A DNA stretch of 63,227 nucleotides, filler included, from Saprolegnia diclina VS20 (lineage: Eukaryota): NCBI RefSeq assembly GCF_000281045.1. It is 8 parts of 4 records of this genome, joined end to end, with 100 filler letters (N's around TTAATTAATTAA, not from the genome) between each part and the next. Parts side by side here need not be neighbours in the genome. Positions count along the whole stretch, not along the records: positions 1 to 23,423 come from NW_008246114.1; positions 23,524 to 47,383 come from NW_008246115.1; 6 more parts are not named here. One strand, given 5' to 3'. Each line of letters opens with the position of its first letter. Position 1 is the stretch's first letter. Of this stretch, positions 12,513 through 23,556 are shown piece by piece. A model generated the notes under the pieces. It saw only the letters and a list, made by a program, of their open reading frames with translations. It made no database searches and was not told the DNA's origin. The position numbers and the translations under genes were made by a program.

Positions 12513-13019
12513 TCACCACGTGGTCACGGTCCACAACTGGGGCGCGGACGCCGTCGCGTTCCAGGCCAAGCTCATGATCAAGTTGCCGTCGAGGCTCGTC
12601 CGCTCTGCGCCGCGCGTTAAGTACTTGCCCTCCATGTCCTTGAGTCGGATGTGCGTCTCGCTGACGTCTTCGCAGCTCCAGCGTGTCGCGTTGGAGCTTT
12701 GCCAAGTCTTGTGGCGCAAGTCGAGTTGGGCTTGTTTTTCGGATCGCAGTTGACACAGCGGCTCCAGAACAACTTTTGGTTCTGGTTGGACAGTTGAGCA
12801 AATCTCGCCACCCGGGAGGCGGCGTACTTTGACGTTTTGCGCCCACTTGCCGGTGCGGGCCGGGACCTTGTAGCCCGGAACAGAACAACCATTGCAGTAC
12901 CCAAGCCCTTTGCCGTTGTCGGCCTTGACGTAGCTCACCATGCCTTCGGTCAGGTTATTGCAGAGCGAGAATGGCGTCGGTGTCGTCGGTGGCTGTGTCG
13001 TCGGCGCTGGGCTAGTGGG
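12513..13019 (-). CDS. Third fascin-like CxxC family member; 5' end lost in the gap; contains compensating frameshifts
   Basis: FSLCNNLTEGMVSYVKADNGKGLGYCNGC...IRLKDMEGKYLTR...WNATASAPQLWTV. The conserved FWSRCVNCDPKNKPN is encoded in a shifted frame at about 12723-12800. Confidence 0.7.
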   Translation of the reverse strand, partial: PTSPAPTTQPPTTPTPFSLCNNLTEGMVSYVKADNGKGLGYCNGCSVPGYKVPARTGKWAQNVKVRRLPGGEICSTVQPEPKVVLEPLCQLRSEKQAQLDLRHKTWQSSNATRWSCEDVSETHIRLKDMEGKYLTRGAERTSLDGNLIMSLAWNATASAPQLWTVTTW

Positions 13020-13119
13020 NNNNNNNNNNNNNNNNNNNNNNNNNNNNNNNNNNNNNNNNNNNNNNNNNNNNNNNNNNNNNNNNNNNNNNNNNNNNNNNNN
13101 NNNNNNNNNNNNNNNNNNN
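13020..13119. other. Assembly gap (100 N)
   Basis: Run of N. Confidence 0.99.
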
Positions 13120-13167
13120 ATGTCTTTCAAAGTCGCACGTGAGAGCTGTGTCAAAGACAAAGAGTAG

Positions 13168-14371
13168 CTACAGCTTGCTCAAACCCATGTCCAGCTCGAG
13201 GAGCGCGCCGGGCGACGTGCTGAAGAGCGTACCGATCGTCTTGCCGTCAACGACATCCACGATGCTGCCGGGCGCTGCTGGCGCCAGGACTGCAGCCTAC
13301 ACCAAAACCCAATCTTTGAATTTCGCCTAGAAATAGTAGAAAAAAGGCTACCTGGACCAGGCCCGAGTTGACGGCCGTGACGCATGCGAGGACCTTGTCT
13401 TGCTGTCCGAGCGGTCCGACGCGCGAGCTCGGCGCAAACATCCACGGCTGCTTGGACGCATACTCGTGCACGAGCGCCTTGGTCGACGGGTCTGCACCAG
13501 TTGAGATTGAGATTGCATTTGAGAAATACCATTCAAAGAACGTACCGTAAAGGCCGACCGTGTCGGTGAGGACAATCATGCAGTCGACGCCGACTTCCTG
13601 CGCGACGAGGGACGCGAGCGAGTCGTTGTCCCATGCGATCCGCTCCTATAAGACAATATTGTACATCGTTTCCACGCCAATATAGATATAGGAGGTAGGT
13701 AGTACGTCGGCGTCGGTGAGTGGCACTTGGCGCTGCGAGACAACGTCATTCTCGTTGACGACGGGGATGATGCCCACTTTGAGCAGCGCGAGAATGGTGT
13801 CCTTGACATTGGCTCGAATCTACAGTGCATGAGCAACCGGCCCCATGCAAGAACGATGGCGTACCTGGGGCACGCGGAAGTCCGTGTCGGACGTCAGAAT
13901 CTGCGAGCAAGCGAGATGGTACTGCGAGAAGAGCACTTCGTAAAGCGACTGCATTCCGCTCTGGCCTATATATCGCAGCGTCGTCGACAAGCCCTACGCG
14001 CCAGCGAGAACGTTGTACCGGCGGCGGCGCAGGCCTTGGGGTTGAGGGCGGCGGCGGTACCGAGGCGGCCCTTGAGGTGCGCCTACACCAGACAAAGAAA
14101 GATGAGCCCAAGACGCTCGTGATAGCCATAGTGGCGTCACCTGCATGGACCCCGAGAGCATGTGCTGGCGGCGCAGCACCATCTTGCCGATGGCGACGGC
14201 GCCGCTCGAAACGAGGATGATGTGCTTGCCCTGCATGTGGAGTCGCGCGATCTGCTCGACGATCGAGCCCATCTTGCCGAGCGCGAGGAGCCCGTCGGGC
14301 GAGTTGACGACCTCGGTACCGACCTTGATCAAGATGGTCCGCGCATGCTGGAGCTGGCCACGGTCGGCCAT
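13168..14371 (-). CDS. proB: Glutamate 5-kinase (P5CS-type kinase domain only), multi-exon
   Basis: Spliced motifs ILIKVGT, ILVSSGAVAIG, IIPVVNENDVV, WDNDSLASLVA, IVLTDTVGLY and GKTIGTLF. TAG stop at 13168-13170. Exon boundaries read by eye. Confidence 0.85.
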
Positions 14372-15200
14372 GCTGGTGATTTGTCGAGTCGCTGGCTCCA
14401 CGATGACACGGATCTTTCACGTCAAATAGTGTAAAAACATATATAGTGATATATCAGAACGGTAGCGGCGTGCACGCGTTGTCTGTCGGGACGCACCAGA
14501 ATCCGAGTGGATGGTCATCAGAGCGCATGTGCACCACAGCTACTAACGCAGGTGCTGGACTTGCCCGTTAATAATCCATCCGCGCGCCGATGCGAGCCGT
14601 CGTTCGTGATATAGTGTATTTAAACAGTATTTAGGTCAAAAGAACTTCAAGGTGCATTCTTGTGGCGCCGGCGCGACGCCAGAAGAAATCCTCGAGTTCG
14701 ACGACCACAGCTCTTCGCATGGAATGACAAATTTGTACACTCAGATCGTATTCTTATATCGTGTCGATTCATAGTTACTGTCGACACCATTCTCCGGTTC
14801 TGCTCACGCTCAACTTCCTGCTCACGCTCAACTTCCTTCGTAACTTAGTGCTGCTTCAATCTCTGTGTCGTTTCTTCGGGTGTAGCGCACCGGCAACCGA
14901 CCCGAAAGCCGATGGCATGTGCGAATTCGTGTGACCTCAGCGATCGAGCACGTGTGGCGTGGCTGCGCTGGAGGTTCACACTCCGTCGCGTCCCATTTTG
15001 TGCTTCCTCCATGGGTCGTACTACGCGATGACTCTGCTGAGATGGACGCTACCGGTGGCCACACAGTGGCGCCCACGACCAACACGCACCAACGACACCA
15101 TCTTGGTCTTGACGCACTTCGAGAGCCTTCTTGAGACCGTCTTACGAGCCAAAGAAACAGAATTTGAAAACCTATTGTCGAGTCGAGGCGAGACATCTCG

Positions 15201-16619
15201 TTAGTAGTAGACTGTGTCTTGGGTCGCATGGCGCGGCTTGATGCGGTACGCCGGCTCCTTGCCTACGAGATGATCGTCGTTTCGTTCATCCAGAGAGCAC
15301 GTATCGTACCAAGACGCCAGAGGAACGAGTCGAGCGCAATCATTTCGAGGCCGGTCGCCGCCACAATCTTCTCGCAGGCAACAACCGCGGCCGCACGGAG
15401 CTCAGTCTCAACGCCACCTAGTTCACACTCAGTTCATAGTGTCTTATTGCATCGCCAGACATACCGTGGGGCAGCAGCGTGCCCTTTTCAATCATGTCAT
15501 CGAGCTCCGGCGAGTACTAGCCGATGCGATACATAGCATCACTCTCGCTCACCGCATTGTCATGGTCGTACCTCGAGGATGCCCATGGCATGCAGCACAC
15601 ACGGCAGCACATTGTCGCTGAACGCGGTCAAGCTCGCAATGTCCTCAAAGCGAAACATCGGATCTTCTTCCTACAAGCCCATCTCGCGTCGGTCGGCAAA
15701 AGAGAATGTACTTGAAAGCGGCGGTAGAGGCTTGCGACAAAGCACTGGGCCTTCTTGAGCACGACGACGCTGCCGTCAGGGCTCACGTCGTGGAAGGCTG
15801 GGAACGTCGTCGCTAGCAGCTCAACGAGCTGCGACGCCGAGCTACCCTTTTGCAAATGCGCGAGCAGAAATGCACCAAAGTCGGCGAATCCGAGCTCGAG
15901 AAGGATGCGACCTGTGTCGTTCAAGACCTACGCGCGACGAGGCGATCGTAAGGCATGGTAGCAATGTGATTGTACCTTGCGGATGCTCTCGGCCAACGGC
16001 TTGAGCGGACCCGGCTTGGCGATGTAGATGCCCGGCGAGAGCTGTTCGTCACGCTCGGTCGGCAGCGAAAAGTACGAGGCCACGCTCTCGAGCGAGAGGC
16101 CGCGGAGGAACTTGGCGTCGAGGCGCGGCTCCGAGATGAAGAGCCCGATCGCGCCAAACGTCTACATATATCCTGGCTCGTTAGCACATGCTGCCATCGT
16201 CGTCTATGGAGAAGGTTTCTACCATCGTCTCGTGGGCACCCTAGAAGCATGCAGCATGGTCAGCCATCGAACAAGACCATGGCGCACGTACGCGAGTCGT
16301 AATGTCGTGCAGAGGCTTGCGGTAGCCGCTGCCAAAGTTGAGGACGTTGACGAGGCCTAGCCATGTCTCCATGAAGTGGTGCTAGCGCCTCATATGGGGC
16401 TGGCGTACCCATAAAGTTGAGCTCGTCCGAGATGGACTTGAAGGACAGCGGGTAGCGCACGGCCCCCGAGAGCTCGGCGAACTGCGCCATGTCGATCGTC
16501 GAGGCAAACGTGGCGATCTTCTCGTCGAGGACCTTGACGTGCTTGGCGGCAGCCGTGACGGCGGCGCAAGACGTCCGGACCTCGGCGGGCGTGCACACAG
16601 CAGTCGTCGGCGAGCCCAT
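15201..16619 (-). CDS. QNG1: Queuosine nucleotide N-glycosylase / Q-salvage protein (DUF2419), multi-exon
   Basis: Spliced motifs VRTSC, NVLNFGSGYR, LVELLATTFPAFHD, LKKAQ, LTAFSDNVLPCVLHAMGIL, ETELRAAAVVACEKI, LDSFLWRLGKE and C-terminal RHATQDTVYY-stop. Confidence 0.85.
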
Positions 16620-17118
16620 GATCTCCGAAATGTGGACCGTGGACGGTAAATTCGGCATGTCCGGATACAAGTGCCGAAATTACCGAAGAGTTGCGGCACG
16701 TGCCGTAAATGTGGTCATACGTGGCAAAGTGTGGCACATGCCACATTTAACAGTTGCATCGATTTTGCAAGCTGTAGGTCTCGAACGCCGACAACACATA
16801 GCATTTCGAACTCTCCAGAGTGTACTCTATCGCTGTGCCAAGTTTCAGCGAATTCATTTCCGAACGCGATTTGGTCGACCTCGCGCTCTGAGAACGCAAG
16901 CGAGTGCGCCGGGCGAGTCGAAAGATCTGGGATTGGTTGAAAAGAATTGAATAATTATCCAATGAAAAAAGGTACTTATGTTTTAAAATGCATAGTAAAA
17001 TCAAGTAGTGTAGCCAAATGCAGTGTGATAAAAATCCAGTCGATGCCAAAACATGCTTGAGATCTCCAAGTTCTGCAAGAACAATACAAAACACAAAAGC
17101 ATGCCGACCTTGCGCGGT

Positions 17119-19559
17119 TTAATCTGAAGAAGGTAGCGTCGCAGCATGCAGCGCCGCAAGCACGTCCGCCGCCGTCGGTCGCTCCATCGGGTCGAACGCC
17201 AAGCAGCGATAAGCGAGCGCGGCGATATCAGTTGGGCACGTTGGCGACAGTGTCGGTCGAAGTCGGCCCTGCACGACTTGTGCCAAAATGGCCGTGTCCA
17301 TCAACGGATTCCCCGTCTCGGGTTGGATCATATCCATGTACGGAATGGCATGCGTGTCGACTTCCGAGAGCAAAATACCTAAGTTGGACAAACCATGTCC
17401 ATACTGTATCACCAAAAACAATCATATCGTCGTACCAAACGAATAGACATCGGCAGCGACCGAGTACCGGTTGTCTTGGAGCACTTCCGGCGCCATCCAC
17501 CGGTACGTGCCGACGCCAATCGTCATGGTGGCCAACGTGTCAACCCGGGAGACGCCAATCGTCATGGTGGCCAACGTGTCAACCCGGGAGACGCCAAAGT
17601 CGGTGAGCTTGGTGCCCTTCTCGTTGTCCAAGAGCACATTGCGCGCCTTGACGTCGCGGTGAATGACGCTGCGCTCGTGCAGGTACAGAAGCCCTCGCAC
17701 CACGCAAAGCAGCGTCGTCCGCTTGGCATTCCACGAATATGTCGTCGCGTCATGACTGCGCAAGTACGTAAACAAGTCGCCGCCGTCCATGTACTCGAGC
17801 ACGATTTCGAGGTTCGCGAGCCGGCCGGCCCACGCGGCTCCCACGAGACCCACAATGTAGGGCGAATCGAGCCTATGTCGTCACATGATGACGTGACTTG
17901 GCGAAAAGGAAGCACAACGCACGTGGCCAGAAGCTCAATCTCGGCGATGACGCGGTCGATCTCGTGCTTGCGGTTGGTCATAAGTGTCTTGATGGCGACG
18001 GGCGTTGCGTTGTACATGCCATGGTAGACGTGGGCGTGGGCACCGGCGCCAAGGAGCCGGCCGCGCACAAGACTTGAAGCGTCCAGACGCAGACGGTTGA
18101 GAAGCGCGAGCGTTCGGTAGCCATCGGTCTCGGCCATCGTGGGCTTTGTCGTCGGTGCACGATCGGACTGGAGAGGACGCGCCATATCGGCGGCAAGGCT
18201 CGATCCTGTCACCGTCGGTGGCGCCGGTGGACGACGCCGGCGACGCACGATCCACACAACCGCAACGACGCTGGCAACACACAGCAGGATGCCACCGATG
18301 ACAAGCCTGACAACCACCGATGTTGAAAGGTCTAGACAACGAAACAAGTCGATATTGGATACGCAAGTGGAGTCCCGTACCGTCGGTAGCAGGCGTCTCT
18401 GGGATCGCTGGGCGGCGGACGCAGGCCGAGTACGAGCCCCGAGACGTCCAGAGCGGAGAAACGACGCCGCCGCTGGCTTGGCACGCGCCCGAGTCGAGTG
18501 TAATGACTGTTTTCTCGAGCACTAGTAGGCGACCATTGCTCGTGAGGCCGTTGAGGACTGCAAACGTGGCTTCATCAATGTTGAACGATCGCAGCTGGAG
18601 ATTTTTGAGCGACCTACAGCGCTACTGTAAGAGCCCAGCGATGTTTGGTGTGGGTCGCACAGAAAAAGCAGGTTGGACGAGAGAGTGACGTTCGACCACG
18701 AGCTGAGCTGCATGTTGCCTTCCAGAGACCTGCAGCATGGTCAGCGCATCTCAAAGAGATGAGTTCGTACAAGCGGGTGACGGCCGACCACGGCTGGTCC
18801 TGAAGACTCTGCAGCTGCGTGTTGCGTAGTCCCCTAGCATTGCATATACTTCAGGCACGCTTTCAAAACCACTCCGTCATGTACACGTCATTGAGGCTTG
18901 GTAGCAAATGGGATGGCAGTGACGTCAATGGTGAGTCGACGACCGCTCTAGTTTGTGCAGCACCATGAGATATGCATCGAGATATCAAGTCAGCCTACAG
19001 GGTCGTGATGGTGGATGGCAGATTGCCTGGCAGCTGCACCAAGTTGGTCGACGTCAACTGCCTACATGGAGCGCAATCAGTCGACGACGCGAAGCGAGAG
19101 CGTACAGCGTCTGCAGCATGCGCGGCCAGGCCCACTCGTTCTGGGACGCCGTAAAGTTGACGCGGGTAAACTGCCTAGTACAAACAGCTCGATAATCGCT
19201 TGGTCGCTTGGGCGTTAAATACGTACAAGCTCGTGAGCATTTGATTCGGGTACATCGCGCACTCCATGGCGTGCAGCGTCGAGTCGGTGACCGACCTACA
19301 CGTCGCGTCGTTGCATGAGCCGAGGTGGCAGCGTGGACAAGGCGGCGTACAGGCCATCGATGCCCGCGGTCGAGATGTTGCCAATGGCGTCGATGCCAGC
19401 CACGGTGCTGCCCTTGACCTCGGTGGCCTTGCCGGACGCATCGTCAATCGTGCACAAGCTGTACGACATTGGGCAGCGCGCGTGGTCAAAGTTCAAGACA
19501 GCGGCGCCGGCCACGGGGCACGTGACGGCCATCGTGTCGATCGAGTAGTCTCGGGACAT
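17119..19559 (-). CDS. Receptor-like TKL protein kinase (Cys-rich/LRR-like ectodomain, TM, kinase), multi-exon
   Basis: TM segment LVIGGILLCVASVVAVVWIVRRRRR; kinase motifs LGAGAHAHVY, VAIK, IHRDVKARNVLL, TDFG, WMAPE and CLAFDPMERPTA. The start codon and ectodomain exons are uncertain. Confidence 0.82.
17512..17597. repeat. 39-bp perfect tandem duplication in the kinase activation segment
   Basis: GACGCCAATCGTCATGGTGGCCAACGTGTCAACCCGGGA occurs twice plus 8 bp, encoding GVSRVDTLATMTI twice. Confidence 0.95.
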
Positions 19560-20261
19560 GCGTGGCGTGCTGCCACCTGGTGTTGGAAACGTGTTTCTTT
19601 GCATACAAATCCCAAGCTGTAATAAAAAACACTGCGATCGAAGTTCGAAGCATAGACAGGCCGCGGGTGCGAACTCTGGTTCAGGATCCGTCAAGAGAGA
19701 CGTTGAAGTGCTTTGCAAGTGGCGACTTAGATCCAGCAAGGCGCTGTCCACGCAGCTTTCTAACATGACGATCCTACTACGCTCGCACGATAGTACTATA
19801 CGCGGAGGCGCCGTACCATCGGCGATGCAGCCAGCTAGCGGACAGTGGAGCACACAACGCTTGCAGAGCTTCTAGGAGGACGACGGTATACTCGATACGA
19901 TGCATTCCTGTACACGCTTGAATGCATCAGCTGCATGAACTAGATTCCATAACTTGAGAAAGAACGCGTCATCGACGCCGAGCGCGTGCACAGGAGTGTG
20001 CTGGAACAATCCTATTCTGTGTCGACCGCGGCCTTGCTTCAAGGAGTTGCGTGACGTCGCTAGAGAGAGGTCAGCGTGTAGGCAGCTTCGCCCACTCTTT
20101 CTGCGCACAAATAGGCGCTCACCTCAGCTCTCAGCGCTGTGCAAAGCATCGAAAGTGCACGTGTGCATGGCCATCTTGGCGCACGTAACAATCCGAAGTT
20201 CGAAGTCCACCCAGCGTCCACCGCCGTCGCAAGTGCACCCAACCGATGCGCAGTCGGTATC

Positions 20262-22834
20262 ATGTTCGCTCTCGCCACCATCGCTGCGTCGGCCATCGCG
20301 GCTGCCGTCGCGCAGAGCCCATGTCCGTATAGCGAGATTGCATCCACCAAGATCTTTGCCTTTGGTTCGCCGTACTGCAGCAGCGCGTCGTCCTACTGCC
20401 TCCTCGACAGCACTTGCGCTGTCACCGAAGCGTCGCTCTCGTCCGACTGCCCGAACCCGTGGGAATCGTCGGGTGCCAACACGCGCGTGCCGTGCGCCGA
20501 CCGCGTGACCGCCATCGGCGACATTCGCGCCTCTGCCCGCGCCACCAACGACATGCGCTTGTACGAAGCAGTCATCCCAGGCGGTGCATCTCATCTCGCC
20601 ATAGGGTCGTGCGGCACAGCGAGCTCGTGTCGACCGCCAAGATGGTGCTGCCCCAAGAGCTCGCCGAGCTGTGCGTCAACATACTGTCTCTATCAACTGA
20701 CGATGGCTCATGCGTGCGCTGCGTAGGACGTTGCAGTATGCGTCGTTTCCGCCAGGAGCGACCTTTACGTGGCCCATCGCGCTCAAAAAGCTGTACGTTC
20801 TAGTACAGTCTCGACTGCGAGATAGACTCGAATGTGTAGATGGATCGAAAAATCGGGCTGGACGCAGTGGCCTGCCAACTTGCCGGCGTCCATTACGCAC
20901 TTGTAAGGACTTGGACGCGTGTGGTTTGATGTCTCATGGCGACCGTGTGAAGGCGCGTGCTCGATCTCAACTTTACGGCATTGCCTCCGCAGCTGGACAA
21001 CCTCCAGCACGTGTACGAGATGACAATATACCCCGTGGCACACCACTGATGGTCGTTGTAGGAGTGTCTTTTCCCCGGCGCTGACGCAGCTCGTCGATTT
21101 GGATTGGTCCAAACTCGCCCACTTGTGCGCAGATTTATCGCATTTTCAACAGCATTGGAGGCTCATGACGCGCTGTCGTAGGCGTCTCGGGGTGCCAAAA
21201 GGATTCAAGGACGCGTGTGCGCTCACTACATTTGTCAACGTCACGCTCTCGTCGACGCTGCGCCGCCTGTAAGCAATCCTATTCAGCGAGGAACCATCTT
21301 GACAAATGCAATCGAACGTAGCGATCTCGCGGGCTGTCACTTGACCAAACTGCACTTGAGCCAAGAGTCGTATGCTGCGATTGCCAACTTTACTCTCACG
21401 CGCAACAACACGGACGCGCGCGACGCCAACGACTTTAAATCGACCGTCGACGACACGACGATCGTGTCGGATCCCGCGGCGTGCGCGGCGGTCGGTGGCG
21501 CCCTCACGCCGCTATGGCCGCAGTTCCAAGAGGTGACGCGCCAGGTCTACACGGTGTGCGTCACGCCCGCGACCGTCGCCGCGTTGCCGCCGGTATCCGC
21601 CGTGGCGACTGCGTCATCCGACGCCAGCGGCTCTGGTACGTTTTGGCTCTCTGCCGTCGAACCAATGTTATATTATAGACGTTGGACTGGCCGTCGGTGC
21701 GTCGGTCGGTGGTGTCGCGCTGATTGGCTTTGTCGCCTTTGCGCTCATGAAGCGCCGTCGGTCCTTGTCGCCGACGCCGACGCCCAAGACGCCGGACGAC
21801 AACAACGGCCATGAGAGCGGAATACTCGACTCGACGTTTGCGTTCCACACCAACACGGACGCTCCCATGTCGACCGCCATGCAAGAAATTCACTCGCGGA
21901 GTCTCGAAGAGCTCGCGCCCATCAAGCTCGACGACTCGTCGCTGCAGCTCAAGAGTATTCTCGGCTCCGGCGCGTCGGCGGACGTCTGGTTTGGCTACTA
22001 CCGCGGCGACGCGGTCGCGATCAAGCGCTTTGTGCACCGCGACTCGGCCGATGACACGCAAGCGTTCGTCGACGAGATCCAGCTGTTGCAACGGTACAGC
22101 CCTGTTTTGCGCCCCGGTATTCAAAAAGACTCTTGTAGGCTCGACTCGCCCTACATTGTGCGCATGATTGGTGCGTCGTGGACGCGCCCGACCGACCTCA
22201 AGTGCATTCTCGAATACATGGACCAAGGCGACTTGCGCGAGTTCCTCCTCCACCATACGCCCATCGAGTTCAACTGGGCGGCCAAGACCCGGAGTCTGTG
22301 GGCGCTTGCCAAGGGCATGGTGTACTTGCATGCGAACACGATCATTCACCGCGACCTCAAGTCGCGCAACGTTCTTCTGGATTCAAAGAAGGGCACAAAG
22401 CTCACCGACTTTGGCGTTGCCCGCGTCGATGTGCAGGCGACAATGACCGCCGGTGTCGGGACGTTCCGCTGGATGGCGCCCGAGGTGCTCATGTATGGTC
22501 GGTATTCAGTTGCCGCCGACATTTACTCGTTCGGTACGTCCGCGTCGGGATGTCGGATTGATACTAAGTTGATATTATTGCAGGAATGCTGCTCTCCGAG
22601 TATGACACGCACGCGATTCCATACGACGACAAGATCAACCCGACGACGGGCTTGCCGCTGGTGGACACGGCCATCATGGCGCGCGTCCTTGAAGGCTCGA
22701 TCCAACCGACGTTCTCGGCGAGCTGCCCCGACTGGATCTACAACATGGCCATGGCCTGCCTCAAATTTGACCCAAACGATCGCCCCACCGCGACCGAGCT
22801 CGTCGACGTTTACATCGCGCCGCATCTCACGTAA
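20262..22834 (+). CDS. Receptor-like TKL protein kinase with signal peptide, multi-exon
   Basis: Signal peptide MFALATIAASAIAAAVAQSPCPY; TM VGLAVGASVGGVALIGFVAFALMKRRR; kinase motifs LGSGASADVW, VAIK, IHRDLKSRNVLL, TDFG, GTFRWMAPE and FDPNDRPTA. Confidence 0.87.
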
Positions 22835-22897
22835 TGCAAAAGTCGCCTTCTGATCAATTAACTTGTAAGAAAGCATTAGATTGTCGTTTGAGCTATC

Positions 22898-23423
22898 TTC
22901 AGGGACGCTTTCTCTAGCTCGAGAGAGGTTGTATGTCGACGCACGTGGCTATCAAAGGCTTGCAAGTATTTGTTTTGAAACTCGCCAACAATTGCTGTTT
23001 TATTCCAACATAAATCATCTAGATATTCAACGCGAGCCAATACATGGCGCTTCGAGCCTTTATAATTCTAGACAGACTTGTCCTTGGCCACTGAAATGAT
23101 CCCAGCGTTCTGGCTCCGCGCATAGAGCGTGGTATCGAAAAAGCCATTTTATTCAAATCAATTCGTTGAAAAATCACCCAGTGCCCAACGATGCCGCAAA
23201 TCAGCACGTTATACCTCTCTCCATCACTAGCGACTTGTAGTGGGCCGTTGAAAATAATCCCAGCATTCTCCAACATTTTCTACATTTTGGCCATGCACCA
23301 CTGCGGCAGGCGTGAGGCTTGTCGATCCGAAATCCAAACTTTTGCAACCTTCTCCAATCGCTGTGATATTTTCAGGGACTCTTTCTCCAGCTCGAGAGAG
23401 GTTGTATGTCGACGCACGTGGCT
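22898..23423. repeat. Direct repeat of about 53 bp with 473-bp period, running into the gap
   Basis: TTCAGGGAC.CTTTCTC.AGCTCGAGAGAGGTTGTATGTCGACGCACGTGGCT at 22898-22950 and 23371-23423 (2 mismatches). Confidence 0.85.
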
Positions 23424-23523
23424 NNNNNNNNNNNNNNNNNNNNNNNNNNNNNNNNNNNNNNNNNNNNTTAATTAATTAANNNNNNNNNNNNNNNNNNNNN
23501 NNNNNNNNNNNNNNNNNNNNNNN
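23424..23523. other. Artificial contig join (N44-TTAATTAATTAA-N44). The same join occurs at 47384, 55915, 57613, 59265, 60540 and 62125.
   Basis: Identical 100-nt spacer containing a linker with stop codons in all six frames. Confidence 0.97.
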
Positions 23524-23556
23524 CGACAAGTCGCGAATCGGCTCGCACGACTGGAC

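Noticed and set aside
14800..14837. 18-bp tandem duplication; also a 13-bp one near 12080
   Set aside because: Two-copy slippage in intergenic DNA with no further structure.
23468..23479. Recurrent palindromic TTAATTAATTAA motif (7 copies)
   Set aside because: Always centred in N runs; an artificial six-frame-stop contig linker, not biology.
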